Source: Candidatus Bathyarchaeota archaeon | GTDB taxonomy: Archaea; Thermoproteota; Bathyarchaeia; 40CM-2-53-6; RBG-13-38-9 | Direction of reading: 5' to 3' | NCBI GenBank assembly: GCA_963807605.1 | Contig: CAWECG010000003.1 | Location: forward strand, 320,001-384,000 | DNA length: 64,000 nt | Part shown: positions 28,823 through 38,868 of the stretch, in pieces | Layout of the letters: each line of letters begins with the position of its first letter | Numbering within the stretch: the first letter of the stretch is position 1 | Program-made: the position numbers and the translations under genes | The notes under the pieces: generated by a model | Databases searched by the model: none | What the model was told of the DNA's origin: nothing | Seen by the model: only the letters and a program-made list of their open reading frames with translations

Positions 28823-30199
28823 TCAAGTCTTGTTGAACTTGTTCAATTGAGCGTGAATTCTTCTAATTGTCTCCGGAACATCCTGTTCATTGAGTACAAG
28901 GATTATCTGAGAGGTATGAGGTGCGAAAACGCCCCTCTTTATGTTTATGTCAGGAATGGCACCGATCGATATCGATGCTACTCCCGGTGAGTTTCTCATC
29001 TTGTCCCCGATGAGAGCGACTATTCCTAAACCATACTCCACGTTCATTTCTTTATCGAATGATTTGAGCTGCTCTTCGTGCCTCCTCACGAAGTTCGCGT
29101 CTAGAATCAAGAAGTCTCGTATGACTTGGCCGGTCTCCAGGACTTCGGCCCCAAGATCGAGAAAACCCTCGTAACCCTCCCATAATCTGAGGCAGTCTTC
29201 AAATGACCTGCTTCTATTGTTATTCATGGTGACGATAGCGCAGTCCCTCAGGCCGGTTATGCACTTGACAGTGTATGACGTCGGATCCTCAGCTTGGATT
29301 GTGGTTCCAAGGCTCAAATCTTTTAGTGGCGCGACCTTCATTTGCAGCCTCTGGGACATGGCCAGCCTTACAGCGGCGTTCTGAATTATTGTCATTCCGG
29401 AGATTGTAGCCTTGGATGCTTCATTGTAGGTCATTACTGGAATGTTCTGTAGTGTCTGATCATTGACTATTGCAGGATCCGCGCTCTGAACAGGCGTGTC
29501 CTTGAGAAGAACCGTTTCAAGGTCGTAATACTCCTTCAGGAGGCAGGAGAGAAATACTGCTGTCTGATCTGAACCACCTCTTCCCAACAGTGTTTCCAAG
29601 CCGTCATGCGTGATGCCTAGGAAGCCTGCGACTGAGACGGCGTTTCCCTCCTCCAAATATTGGAGAAGTCGTGACAGCCTTCTGCGGCTCCGCTCAAAAT
29701 CCAAGGCGGCATTTTCAAAGTCGTCGTCGGTTAATAGTGGCCAATCTGCCTTCCTTAGATAGCATGACTTAACGCCGTGAGATCTCAACACATAGCTCAT
29801 AAGAATCGAAGTCGGCAGTTCGCCTCCACTGGTGAGAACCTTGGCTCGCGCTGAACCGTCGAACCGTTTATCCACCTTGAGCAGTGTATCCTCAACATCA
29901 CGTCTACAATCTTGGAGAGCACTTCGAAATTCCTTGAGGAGAGCTTCTTCAACATAACGAGAAGATAGCTCTAAGAATGGAGTGAATACGGAGTCTAAGT
30001 CATAGACTCTACCTGCAGCCTTTGCTTCACCAATAGCCTGGAGCGTGTCGGTGACACCTTTTGGCGCCGAGAACACCGCGAGGGGTCCCACATCTTTGGT
30101 CGCTTTCATCTTCGAGAGGCACTTTACTATAGCTGGGATGTTCGTTCCAGAGAAATCTATCAGGCTGCCTCCGAATTTCGCAACGGCCAAGCTCTTCAA
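28823..30199 (-). CDS. lysC: Aspartate kinase
   Basis: VAKFGGS, VFSA..GVTD.L, GE, GFLG......TLLGRGGSD.TA, ADP, C-terminal ACT (IVALIGD.MRNSPGVA). Confidence 0.85.
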   Translation of the reverse strand: MKSLAVAKFGGSLIDFSGTNIPAIVKCLSKMKATKDVGPLAVFSAPKGVTDTLQAIGEAKAAGRVYDLDSVFTPFLELSSRYVEEALLKEFRSALQDCRRDVEDTLLKVDKRFDGSARAKVLTSGGELPTSILMSYVLRSHGVKSCYLRKADWPLLTDDDFENAALDFERSRRRLSRLLQYLEEGNAVSVAGFLGITHDGLETLLGRGGSDQTAVFLSCLLKEYYDLETVLLKDTPVQSADPAIVNDQTLQNIPVMTYNEASKATISGMTIIQNAAVRLAMSQRLQMKVAPLKDLSLGTTIQAEDPTSYTVKCITGLRDCAIVTMNNNRSRSFEDCLRLWEGYEGFLDLGAEVLETGQVIRDFLILDANFVRRHEEQLKSFDKEMNVEYGLGIVALIGDKMRNSPGVASISIGAIPDINIKRGVFAPHTSQIILVLNEQDVPETIRRIHAQLNKFNKT

Positions 30200-30203
30200 T
30201 ATT

Positions 30204-30671
30204 TCACCTCAAGTGATTATTCGATCCTTCAGGTGAATCTAAGCAAGTATCATTCTGTTGTACCTTGAGTTCCTCAGCCCTAAATTCAATTCCGTCCCAC
30301 TGAAATGATCTGACTTCATCATCCATATTTGAGTAAATGAGGTGGGAAGACGAGGGGTGGTTAGCTTTGTGCTTGTCTGTTTCCGAGGGCTGGGCACGCC
30401 AGTGTGGATGACTATGATAGTATCCGAGAACCTCAAGGGATAGTTCATCAGCCTTCGTGAAGATGTCAAGTTGGTCTTGTGGGTTAATCTGATATGTGGT
30501 TTCGGATTCGAGTAGGTTCCTTGTAGGAAAAATCATTAGTACTCTCTTGGAGTCATTTTTTTTCGTTCCTAGAAGTATGCCGCAGGCTTCGATCGGAAAC
30601 ACCAGTCGGGAATGCTCAATGATTTTGTTCAAGTCTGATCTCTTGATTATGACGGTCATTTTGATTGCCAT
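30204..30671 (-). CDS. JAMM/MPN+ metalloprotease (M67 family)
   Basis: P.EACGILLG, YHSHP...A.PS.TD. Confidence 0.9.
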   Translation of the reverse strand: MAIKMTVIIKRSDLNKIIEHSRLVFPIEACGILLGTKKNDSKRVLMIFPTRNLLESETTYQINPQDQLDIFTKADELSLEVLGYYHSHPHWRAQPSETDKHKANHPSSSHLIYSNMDDEVRSFQWDGIEFRAEELKVQQNDTCLDSPEGSNNHLR

Positions 30672-30685
30672 CTGCTATGAAATTC

Positions 30686-31084
30686 TCATGTTTCTGGAGA
30701 GGTTTCTTTTGTGAGCCATTGGAGGTATTCTCTTGAACCTCCAATTATTGGTAGTGCGACTATCTCTGGAATTTGGTAAGGATGGTTCTGTTTGACATCT
30801 TGCGTGATCTTCTTCAGAAGTCGTCTGCTAGACTTAATCAAAAGGAGTTTCTCGGACGTCTCTTCGACCTTCCCTTTCCATCGATAGACGCTCCTGACGC
30901 CTGTTATGATGTTGACGCATGCAGCCAATCTCTTTCTGATAATCGATGAGACTATTCTCTTTGCAGTCTTCGCGTCTGGACATGTGACAATAATCATTAT
31001 CAACAAATCTTCATGATTTCTTGTCTTGAACATTTTACCACCTGAAGGCAGTAATTGTCGTTCATGAGGCGCGCGCGTTGGCAC
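30686..31084 (-). CDS. cutA: Divalent-cation tolerance protein CutA
   Basis: LAACVNI...V.SVY.WKG, E.LLLIK, HPY..PEI, Y..WL. The real start is likely later than 31084. Confidence 0.9.
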   Translation of the reverse strand: MPTRAPHERQLLPSGGKMFKTRNHEDLLIMIIVTCPDAKTAKRIVSSIIRKRLAACVNIITGVRSVYRWKGKVEETSEKLLLIKSSRRLLKKITQDVKQNHPYQIPEIVALPIIGGSREYLQWLTKETSPET

Positions 31085-31130
31085 CGCCTCAAATAACGGG
31101 CTAGATATGTCATACTCAACTTTCGTTTAG

Positions 31131-31598
31131 TTACTTCTTCAATCTGACCTCTAGTACTCCATTATTGTAGGCCGTGTTGAAGCTGACCGCCCTAGCTGGT
31201 AACTTGATCACTTCATTGAACTCGAGTCCACCCTTAACCTCAAGCAGATCTTCATGAAGTAGAACCCTTATCTTCTCTTTGGGGCCAGGGACTTTGCCAA
31301 CTACCAAGATCTGGTTCCGGTCCTCTATAATGTCGGGGCTCCACCCTCTCGCCTCGAATGGTCTGATTCTCATCTCTTTCTTGAGGGTTCTTCTCGTCTC
31401 CAAAATCCAATAAACAGCAAGAACGGCGGCGAGACCTCCGAGTACGACTCCCAAGAGTCCTCTTTGGAGGCGTACAAGCATGGCCAGTATTACGGCGACC
31501 ACTACCACGCCTACCAAAACAGTCATTATGTCCGTTGTATCTGCGAGCTGTGGTCCGCGACGTTTCTTATAGAGAGTCATCGACAACTCCTCCAGCAC
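31131..31598 (-). CDS. Membrane protein with C-terminal Hsp20-like domain
   Basis: Two TM helices; I.LP......YNNGVLEVRL alpha-crystallin C-terminal motif. Confidence 0.65.
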   Translation of the reverse strand: MLEELSMTLYKKRRGPQLADTTDIMTVLVGVVVVAVILAMLVRLQRGLLGVVLGGLAAVLAVYWILETRRTLKKEMRIRPFEARGWSPDIIEDRNQILVVGKVPGPKEKIRVLLHEDLLEVKGGLEFNEVIKLPARAVSFNTAYNNGVLEVRLKK

Positions 31599-34433
31599 TT
31601 AACTTTCAAGATTCACTGTTATGTAATGGAGCTCGACTACACCATCGATGTTTATGAGTACACCGAAGTTTAAATTTGATTCTTCCTGCCACATAAGAAT
31701 TCTGTCTGTCTTATCCTTCCAAGTTGATATGAAATTCTCCAGCAGTTGCTTTGTATTGTTCCACTGGCTGCTGGTAGTATAGTTCACTACTCCCTCATTG
31801 TATGATACTTGAGGGTTCAAAGCCGTAGGGGTTACGAGGTTTACTCTGGCTTGCTTGAACATATTTACAACAGTCATTCTTCTCTGTTCCAAGCTCTCTG
31901 TAGCTTGTGGAGGAGCTTTCTCTATCTTCGATACTTCAGTAAGATATTTTCTGTAAGCTTCCTCGGCGGTGTTACCGAGCCCGACGTAGTACTCGCCTGT
32001 GAAGACCGCTCCTACGCAGGCAACAACGCCAAGCTCGGTCACAACCCCCCCTGCTCCTGCCGTATAGACTGGGATGAAGTACACTTCATCGTCTCCTATT
32101 CTGTAAAGGATATTGTCGCCTATTCTGGGCTGTCTGAGTAGGGTCTCTAAGGATGCGAACTCAGCGTTCTTCTCTAAGGCCTCGATCGCGCCTGTGGGCC
32201 CGAGAAGCTTAATCTTTGATTCATTGGTGGGCTGGTAATAGAAAATGGTCTCTCCCAGCTGTGGGTAATCATTACGAACTACCATGTATCCGGCGAGGTT
32301 TCTTCCAAGCGCTCCCCGCAACTCGAGAGATATCAGCCCCATGAACTCCGGTTTTTCAAATCCTGGTGGCTGAGTCATCATATAGTAGGTCTTTAGGCCT
32401 GACGGAACTTCGAAAAATTCATTAGCGACTATATATGATGACGGGTCGGTTACGTGGTAGTAATTGTACATGGAGACCCGCCAGTCGAAAAGTTCCTCTG
32501 GATACCTGAGCTGCTTGTAAAGCCATTGTGGAACCTCCTCAGTAACATAGTCGGCATATAGCATCTTGAAGAGTTGGCTGAAATAGTCTTGGCCTAAAAC
32601 GATGATCTTGAAGTCCCCATTGTATATGTCCACTAGCAGGTAGCCGACGTGTCTCATGAGGGGATCGTTATTGCTCCAGGGGACCTTGCTTGTGTCGAGT
32701 TTGACGATTAAAGGTATGAGATAGTACGTGTTCTGTCCATCGGTTACTGGATAACTATCTACATGTGTGTCATTGAAGTAATACTCGAAGTAGGGGAAAA
32801 GGTTGCTCACTCTATCGTAGACGTCTCGGTAGCGGAGTAGACGAATGGTCTCGTCGCGGTGCGCTAGAAAGAAGTTGAACTCGAAGATCCAGCTGAGTGG
32901 GGGATTAAGATCAACTCCTCCTCGACCATTGTAGAAGAATCCGTCCAGTTCGTCACTTCTTTCGCGGTCTTTAGGATACGCAGCCCATGTCGTCGAGAGC
33001 AGCCCGCCCTCTCCATAATAGATGCTTCTTTGCTTGAAGAAATCACCTGCATCCATAATCCTTCCATCATGTGCATTCAACATGAGTAGGCCGTTCGGCG
33101 CGTGCGTGTAGACGAAATGTTCAGCGTACCACGTATCCTGCGGTCTGACAGTTGCTGGAAGTATCGGTTTCATAGTCGAGGCCCAGTAGAGCGTAGAATT
33201 GAATCTTAAGATGTCTGAGTCCTCGTAGTCGAGGTAGGGAATTAGTCCTATCTCAGGCTTGAGTTTGGCCAAGGCGCCATCCCTGTCCCAGAGGCGGATC
33301 CGTCCAATCAAATCACTATTCGCGTCTACATGTTTAGGAATCTCTTCGGGTGAAACCGGATTCAAACTGAAGTTGAAGGGTATCTCTTTGACTTTATCTA
33401 ATTCAGCGAGGTAGCGATTGACCGCAATCTGCTGGGCAACGTAAGGTCCGAGCCGCTCAATTTTGCGCGTATCTGCGATGCTAGTGTTTATCGTCATCAG
33501 TGAACCTGTTGCAAGAGCTATCAGGAATATGCTGAGAACTCTGATGTAGGCTCTCTTGCGAGTTAGGGTTGAGAATCCCTTCGAATAGCGCCAATCCAGG
33601 TAGAAGAAAAACCCAAAAAGCACTCCTCCAGCACCGAGACCCAATATTAGGTAGCGAGTGTTGTAATCTACGGATGGTGAAAAGAAACTGTTAAACATCG
33701 ACCAGAAGAGTGCAAGTGACAGCAGCCCTTCAAGCGATGCAACTCGCCAGCTTATTCCCAAGGCCGTGGCTCCGGAAGCCTCGTCTACGGTTGGAGTAAG
33801 TATCCTTCCAAGTTGGGTTACACCAATAAGAAGGATTAGGCGAAGTCCTATTGCGCTCAGCAGTGGACCTATGAAAAGCGTCAGTGCAGGAATCATGGGT
33901 AGGACATTGGCTTGGGCAAACGAGCCGTCTAGAGGGATATCAGCGAAGGGAAGACTGAAGACTCTCGAGACATGATTTAGACCTATGTCCCAGCCCTGCG
34001 ACATTGCGTAAATGGACATGCCGAAGACATAGTTTCGGAAGACCATTATGCCAAGAAGAAATTTGGTAGCTTGCCACATCACGAACTTCATAGGCGACAA
34101 TTTGAAGGATTTGAAGTCGATTCGAGTCTGGGAAATCCCACCGTATCCTCTTAACATGGTTATGACTAACTGGATGAACCACCCTGTCAGAGAGCGTCTA
34201 TTGAGGAAATCAAACCTGACAAATGCTACGGTGGCAAGAATGGCGCCACCTACGATCTCGAAATAAACAGGCCTGATGAAGAGTTCACCGAACTCCTCCA
34301 CGTTCAGCCAGAACCAGATAAGCTGGCCAGCAACCGACCAAATGACGAAGATCGTGAATAGAATGACTATGGCAAGTACAATTCTTCTTGCCGGAAGTGC
34401 CGATTCTTGGTGCTCAACTTTGAAAGGTCCCAT
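31599..34433 (-). CDS. UPF0182 family membrane protein
   Basis: ~940 aa, N-terminal multi-TM, IRLWD, H.VYTH..G, IYYGE, QLRYPEELF, NLAGY.VVRND...GE, Y..PVY. Confidence 0.8.
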   Translation of the reverse strand: MGPFKVEHQESALPARRIVLAIVILFTIFVIWSVAGQLIWFWLNVEEFGELFIRPVYFEIVGGAILATVAFVRFDFLNRRSLTGWFIQLVITMLRGYGGISQTRIDFKSFKLSPMKFVMWQATKFLLGIMVFRNYVFGMSIYAMSQGWDIGLNHVSRVFSLPFADIPLDGSFAQANVLPMIPALTLFIGPLLSAIGLRLILLIGVTQLGRILTPTVDEASGATALGISWRVASLEGLLSLALFWSMFNSFFSPSVDYNTRYLILGLGAGGVLFGFFFYLDWRYSKGFSTLTRKRAYIRVLSIFLIALATGSLMTINTSIADTRKIERLGPYVAQQIAVNRYLAELDKVKEIPFNFSLNPVSPEEIPKHVDANSDLIGRIRLWDRDGALAKLKPEIGLIPYLDYEDSDILRFNSTLYWASTMKPILPATVRPQDTWYAEHFVYTHAPNGLLMLNAHDGRIMDAGDFFKQRSIYYGEGGLLSTTWAAYPKDRERSDELDGFFYNGRGGVDLNPPLSWIFEFNFFLAHRDETIRLLRYRDVYDRVSNLFPYFEYYFNDTHVDSYPVTDGQNTYYLIPLIVKLDTSKVPWSNNDPLMRHVGYLLVDIYNGDFKIIVLGQDYFSQLFKMLYADYVTEEVPQWLYKQLRYPEELFDWRVSMYNYYHVTDPSSYIVANEFFEVPSGLKTYYMMTQPPGFEKPEFMGLISLELRGALGRNLAGYMVVRNDYPQLGETIFYYQPTNESKIKLLGPTGAIEALEKNAEFASLETLLRQPRIGDNILYRIGDDEVYFIPVYTAGAGGVVTELGVVACVGAVFTGEYYVGLGNTAEEAYRKYLTEVSKIEKAPPQATESLEQRRMTVVNMFKQARVNLVTPTALNPQVSYNEGVVNYTTSSQWNNTKQLLENFISTWKDKTDRILMWQEESNLNFGVLINIDGVVELHYITVNLES

Positions 34434-34581
34434 TCTGGCGAATCTCGCATAGATAGCAACTCTACTCTTTAAAGCTTAGGGGTTAGTCTCGTGACCTTAC
34501 CAGAATTGACGAAGTCCGGGTCCTTCTGCTGACATTAGCGTTATCTTGAAGAACATCCTCAAATAATCACCATGAATGTCC

Positions 34582-34686
34582 GCGGGGATCGCCGAGCTAG
34601 GTCAAAGGCGTAGAAGCGGAAACTACGTAGGCTTCAGGAGCCTATCCCGTAGGGGTTCGTGGGTTCGAATCCCACTCCCCGCACCA
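34582..34686 (+). tRNA. tRNA-Leu(CAG) with 17-nt intron (34614..34630) at position 29/30, encoded CCA
   Basis: Acceptor GCGGGGA/TCCCCGC, long variable arm, anticodon arm TAGGC-TTCAGGA-GCCTA after splicing. BHB: AAG/CTT, GCGT/ACGT, AG/CT with AG|A and AG|G bulges. Confidence 0.92.
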
Positions 34687-34862
34687 ATACGCGCCTGCGT
34701 GTTGACGCAAGCCCGCGCGTGTCTCGGCAAGATTAGCTCGGAATTTCACGGCAGTCCTACAAAGAAATCGCGGTGACGCCGCTGAAGCTGCACGACAATT
34801 GTACAATTTAAGATTCAAGTACGTCTCAAAGAGGAAGTTCCGTGAGCGATTCTTGGAGAAGG

Positions 34863-35087
34863 CTAATACAATCTATCTTTTACTTTACTATCGAGTTCTA
34901 AAGTGGCCTTCTCGTGATGGGTCGTGCCAGGAAGTTTGATTGTGTTGTCCGGTTCGGGCTGGATATGTCTGATACTTCGAAGGGCGCTTGTAAAATGTGC
35001 TTTTCTACAGACATCGCAGTATCTTAAGCCTCTGCTCGTCTTTCTTCCGCAATCAACACATTTCTCAGATAGGTCCAGCACCAGCAA
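34863..35087 (-). CDS. Small Zn-finger hypothetical protein
   Basis: CVDCG......YCDVC; GGTGAG-like SD upstream. Confidence 0.45.
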   Translation of the reverse strand: MLVLDLSEKCVDCGRKTSRGLRYCDVCRKAHFTSALRSIRHIQPEPDNTIKLPGTTHHEKATLELDSKVKDRLY

Positions 35088-35363
35088 CTCACCAACGATT
35101 TACGATACGGGAACCAGAATAACGACTGAGAGCAAAACTATCCCACAAAGCCGTTGTCCCTTCAAGACATTATGTCATGAAGTTAGTTAAGAGCTATAAT
35201 ATAAAACCATTTGTCACCTTGGCGTTTCGAACTCGGTTACAGTAGAACCCTCCGGTAGTTCTCTTGACGGCAAAATTAACTGACCGTCTGGTTTTTATGC
35301 TCGCATTTCGATTTGCAGATTTACAGACTGATGAAAATCGACCTCTCTTGGTAAGACCTTGAT

Positions 35364-36158
35364 CTAAACCTTCTTGATCTCTCTGAGCACTTCGCAGATC
35401 TTGTCGACTAACGATTCGAGGACTACTTGTCCGATCTTAGGGCTGGCTTTTGTGGGGTCACCTATTACACCAGAATTTGAGACGTCGTCTATCAACCATG
35501 AAGACTGCACACCCCTACTTCCACCAAGTTTAAGGTAGTGATATCCACTCTTTTCAGTGAATCTTGATGGTATCTCTTTGGAGGCATTCTGGGCATGAAC
35601 AAGCTCTGGCCTCAACGACATCATGAATGAAGTCTCGAGTGCGCATGCGTGAAAGACATCCATCTCCTGCAGCTCTTTGAATCTTGACAGTGGCTCCGCG
35701 AGTAACTCTTCGGAATATAGATAAATTGAGAAGATGAATGATCCAGTTTCCTCTCTTATCTCTCTCAGCATCATATTGAGGAGATCTGTGTTGCCGCCGT
35801 GGCCATTGATAAACACTATCTTCGTAAAACCATGGCGTGCCAGGTCTTTGCAGAGCCCCATCAGAAGATCCTCAAGAACTCTTGGTTTGATCGAAATAGT
35901 TCCAGGTCTTGTCGCATGTTCCACGGATTTTCCGAATGGGATCAACGGTCCAACAAGCACGAAAAATTCGGGTCTGATACGTTCGGCAACCATTTTGGTT
36001 ACTTCGCAAGCAATTATCGAGTCTGTTGCTAGTGGTAGGTGTCTTCCGTGTTGTTCAAAAGAGCCAATCGGGATCAGAACCATTTCCGCCCGAGTAAGAA
36101 CTTTGTTGACGTCTTCACTAGTTAAATCGCCGAGATAGATGCTGGACATAACTATCAA
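35364..36158 (-). CDS. Creatininase/creatinine amidohydrolase family protein
   Basis: PIGSFEQHG.HLPL.TD, G.S.EH...PGTI, NGHGGN, HA..LETS, SGVIGDP. Confidence 0.9.
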   Translation of the reverse strand: MIVMSSIYLGDLTSEDVNKVLTRAEMVLIPIGSFEQHGRHLPLATDSIIACEVTKMVAERIRPEFFVLVGPLIPFGKSVEHATRPGTISIKPRVLEDLLMGLCKDLARHGFTKIVFINGHGGNTDLLNMMLREIREETGSFIFSIYLYSEELLAEPLSRFKELQEMDVFHACALETSFMMSLRPELVHAQNASKEIPSRFTEKSGYHYLKLGGSRGVQSSWLIDDVSNSGVIGDPTKASPKIGQVVLESLVDKICEVLREIKKV

Positions 36159-36469
36159 CTAGCGTACTTCATGAAGACTAAATGAATTGGTTTGAACAGT
36201 CTCGTTGAAGCGAATCCGGTCTAGCATATTCTGCTCACGTCATTGGTTCTAGCATTAGTGCCCAATTAATAGCGCGTTTAATCAAAGCCTTCCATCGCTA
36301 ATAAACGCTGATTGAGAATAAGAAGAATCTTGCATAATTGATTTTACTTGATATGCCGTAAGACGCGGGCGTTCAGAACAATCCATAACTAACCACCAGC
36401 GCTCCAGCGTTGGGATTCCGTGACTTAAGGCATAAGGCTGTTCAGTTACGCAGTTCAACCGAGATGATA

Positions 36470-36558
36470 TGGCGGGCCCGCCGGGACTCGATGCGTTATT
36501 GAGTCTGAAAGTGGGCTCAAAATTCGTGGAGGTTCGGACCTTGAAGGGTTTGAACCTG
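36470..36558 (-). mobile_element. Family-B element end, copy 1: conserved arm plus tRNA-Arg/Lys 3' fragment (attR-like)
   Basis: The minus strand ends CGAGTCCCGGCGGGCCCGCCA; the adjacent ~68 bp is homologous to copies at 38200, 44330 and 49744. Confidence 0.7.
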
Positions 36559-36664
36559 ATTTATAAAGGCCTTGGCTGAGCGTGGGTGAATTACTTTAGT
36601 GTTCAGGCTGTTTTCTTTCATAGAGGTTTTTATATAAGGCCGCTTTGCATAGGGTCAGCTTGCC

Positions 36665-37567
36665 ATGAGTTTCTCTAAGGCTGAGGTCTCTCGGACGATA
36701 GTTCCACAGAGGGCCAGCATTCTTCTATTCATGCTTAATCACCTCGGGGAAATAGTTACTGAGCTTAAACTGCAGAAGCTGGTGTTTCAGGTTCAGAACG
36801 AGGCGAAGATTCCTGAAGGTTATCGCTATCTCAAGCATTACTATGGACCGTACTCGCAGGAGTTGAGTATGGATAGTGTGACATTGATGAACGAGGGGCT
36901 TATTGAGAGGCAGGCAGTGATTGGTCGCAACTACCCGTATTGGGTTTTCAGGGTTACCGAGAAAGGTAAAGAGTACTTTGCTGAATCGGTGCTGCCGGCT
37001 ATGGCGCCCAAGAGTATTGAGAGGATGCGTAAGGTATTGGACAAGTACTCAGGATATAATCATTACGAGTTGGCTAAGATCGTTTATCATGAGTGGAAGA
37101 TAAAGGAATTCGGGAACCTAGACTTAGAGATTAGAGAATTGGAAAGAGATCTTCAAGCGGTTACCAGTTTTTGGGAGACGATGTACTTTCCTGCGTGTCC
37201 AGCTATAACTTACTTTCTTGCATTCTTGGAATACTCGCAAGAGGCCCTCACAAAGGTTGCATCAACCAAAGATACTGTGATCAAGTCAGTCTTGGCAAGA
37301 GCCTGCCGGGAGTTGACTGATAACCTGGCAAGCGTTGCTCAGGTCTGCTCTAAGAAAGACGTATGTCCGATGGAGGCTGAGAGGGGTCTTTGTAAGACTC
37401 CAGATCCTTCTATTTACGAGATTTTCAATTTCATTGAAGATTTCTGTGAACGACAAAACATTCTGCCAAAAATGTCACAGAGAGAGCTGACAGAGCTGAT
37501 GACGGAGGATGAATACAAACGCCTCCAGAACACATTCAGGACTTTGACCGCCTCGTCTTCTTTCTAG
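36665..37567 (+). CDS. DUF4065/SocA (Panacea)-like antitoxin domain protein
   Basis: LKLQKLVF.......Y....YGPYS.EL pattern; overlaps the downstream PIN gene. Confidence 0.65.
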   Translation: MSFSKAEVSRTIVPQRASILLFMLNHLGEIVTELKLQKLVFQVQNEAKIPEGYRYLKHYYGPYSQELSMDSVTLMNEGLIERQAVIGRNYPYWVFRVTEKGKEYFAESVLPAMAPKSIERMRKVLDKYSGYNHYELAKIVYHEWKIKEFGNLDLEIRELERDLQAVTSFWETMYFPACPAITYFLAFLEYSQEALTKVASTKDTVIKSVLARACRELTDNLASVAQVCSKKDVCPMEAERGLCKTPDPSIYEIFNFIEDFCERQNILPKMSQRELTELMTEDEYKRLQNTFRTLTASSSF

Positions 37568-38181
37568 AGACCTCAACCTGTATAGACTATGCATTGAGAG
37601 TCGACTCAAATATCCTTTCAGTCTACAACCAATCCGTGACAGATTTCATAGGGTTCTTGAGGGCGAGCCGTATTAGAATGGTCACTTCCACCACTGTAAA
37701 GGACGAAGCGACGAGACAATTCCCCTCTGCCAGCAATCGACTGGTAGATATGGCTCACCCTCAGAGACTAAAACAAGTCAGAGCGGTAGCGTTAACAAAG
37801 TGTACAAACAGACTTCGAGAACTGTGGTCACGTGTTGATGTCTTGACGTTGCATGGCAATTTATCACTCGCAAAGAAATTCTATCAAAAACTGTCGGATG
37901 ACCCTCTTACTAGGACGCGCCTAGAGAAGGTCAGAAAGTTCAAGAAGCGCAGCAGTTTCGCGCCCGAGGAGTCCGACCTTGAGATTATGTCCGAAGCCAT
38001 CAGTCTCAAAAGAAGCGATAACGAAGTTTACTTTGTAACGAAGGACGAGCACTTTTGCGAGTTCCCGGAAGAGATTCATGAAGAGTTTGGGCTACGAGTA
38101 TTGCCTGTACAAGAACTCATTAAATTCAAAGAGCAGTTAGAGGAGCTAAGGAAATCCCTAGATCAAGAAAGAAGCGCTTGA
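37513..38181 (+). CDS. PIN-domain ribonuclease (putative toxin); start uncertain
   Basis: In-frame upstream extension VFFLETSTCIDYA, then T..TVKDE, PEESDLEI..EA, VYFVTKDEHF. Confidence 0.65.
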   Translation: MQTPPEHIQDFDRLVFFLETSTCIDYALRVDSNILSVYNQSVTDFIGFLRASRIRMVTSTTVKDEATRQFPSASNRLVDMAHPQRLKQVRAVALTKCTNRLRELWSRVDVLTLHGNLSLAKKFYQKLSDDPLTRTRLEKVRKFKKRSSFAPEESDLEIMSEAISLKRSDNEVYFVTKDEHFCEFPEEIHEEFGLRVLPVQELIKFKEQLEELRKSLDQERSA

Positions 38182-38199
38182 ACGAAGCAAGATTTTCTT

Positions 38200-38261
38200 C
38201 CGTTGCTGTGGCAGAAGTTGGACTCAAATCGTGGGGTCCAGACTTTGTAAGTTCGAACCTG
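38200..38261. repeat. Family-B repeat, copy 2 (tRNA fragment eroded)
   Basis: CGTTGCTGTGGCAGAAGTTGGACTCAAATCGTGGGGTCCAGACTTTGTAAGTTCGAACCTG aligns with 36494-36558. Confidence 0.65.
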
Positions 38262-38868
38262 TGGTCTTCTGGGAGGCGATTTTTCTCTGTGGACTGGTCT
38301 TGATGGGAGGTAGTTGAGCCAGCTGGCTCATCATCCTTCCGTGCGCCCTTCCGAATCCTGGATACTGCGAATCCCACTCCATGGATTTCCTCTGGTAGGG
38401 TTCAAGCTTCACTGCGTAAGGCTTGCCGACGATTCTGTGCTTGTAATTGCCCAGGGTCTGCCTGTTTCTCACATAGATTTGGTTCATAATATGATTTCAG
38501 ATTTGTCAGCGCTGTTCAAGTCATTTTTGGGGGTTCGTTTCCGGTGAGTTTGGGCGTGAATCTTGATTCTGGTGATTGCTCCCTATGTCTTATCTTTCGA
38601 AAATGCTAACTGTAACTTGGAGGGTTTGGCATGTTCCGCAATCAGGACGAGCTTATCGATTATTTCGCGCCGCCTTAGTCCTGAATTCCTCCTCTGGCGT
38701 TATCACCTTCGTCGCAGTACTATTCTCAGAGAACTTGAAATCTGGAGGAACCCTAAGACCCTCCAATAGCGCCCGCTGCTTCTTAATCTCGGGAGGAAGA
38801 ATCTTAATTACCGGCTCCTCCTTATTCTCCTCTTGAACAGCCCTAATCACGTACACTTGAAAACTGGT

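Noticed and set aside
34687-36469. Island integrated at tRNA-Leu
   Set aside because: I found no duplicate of the tRNA-Leu 3' end in the window, and the nearby att-like fragment matches a different tRNA on the opposite strand.
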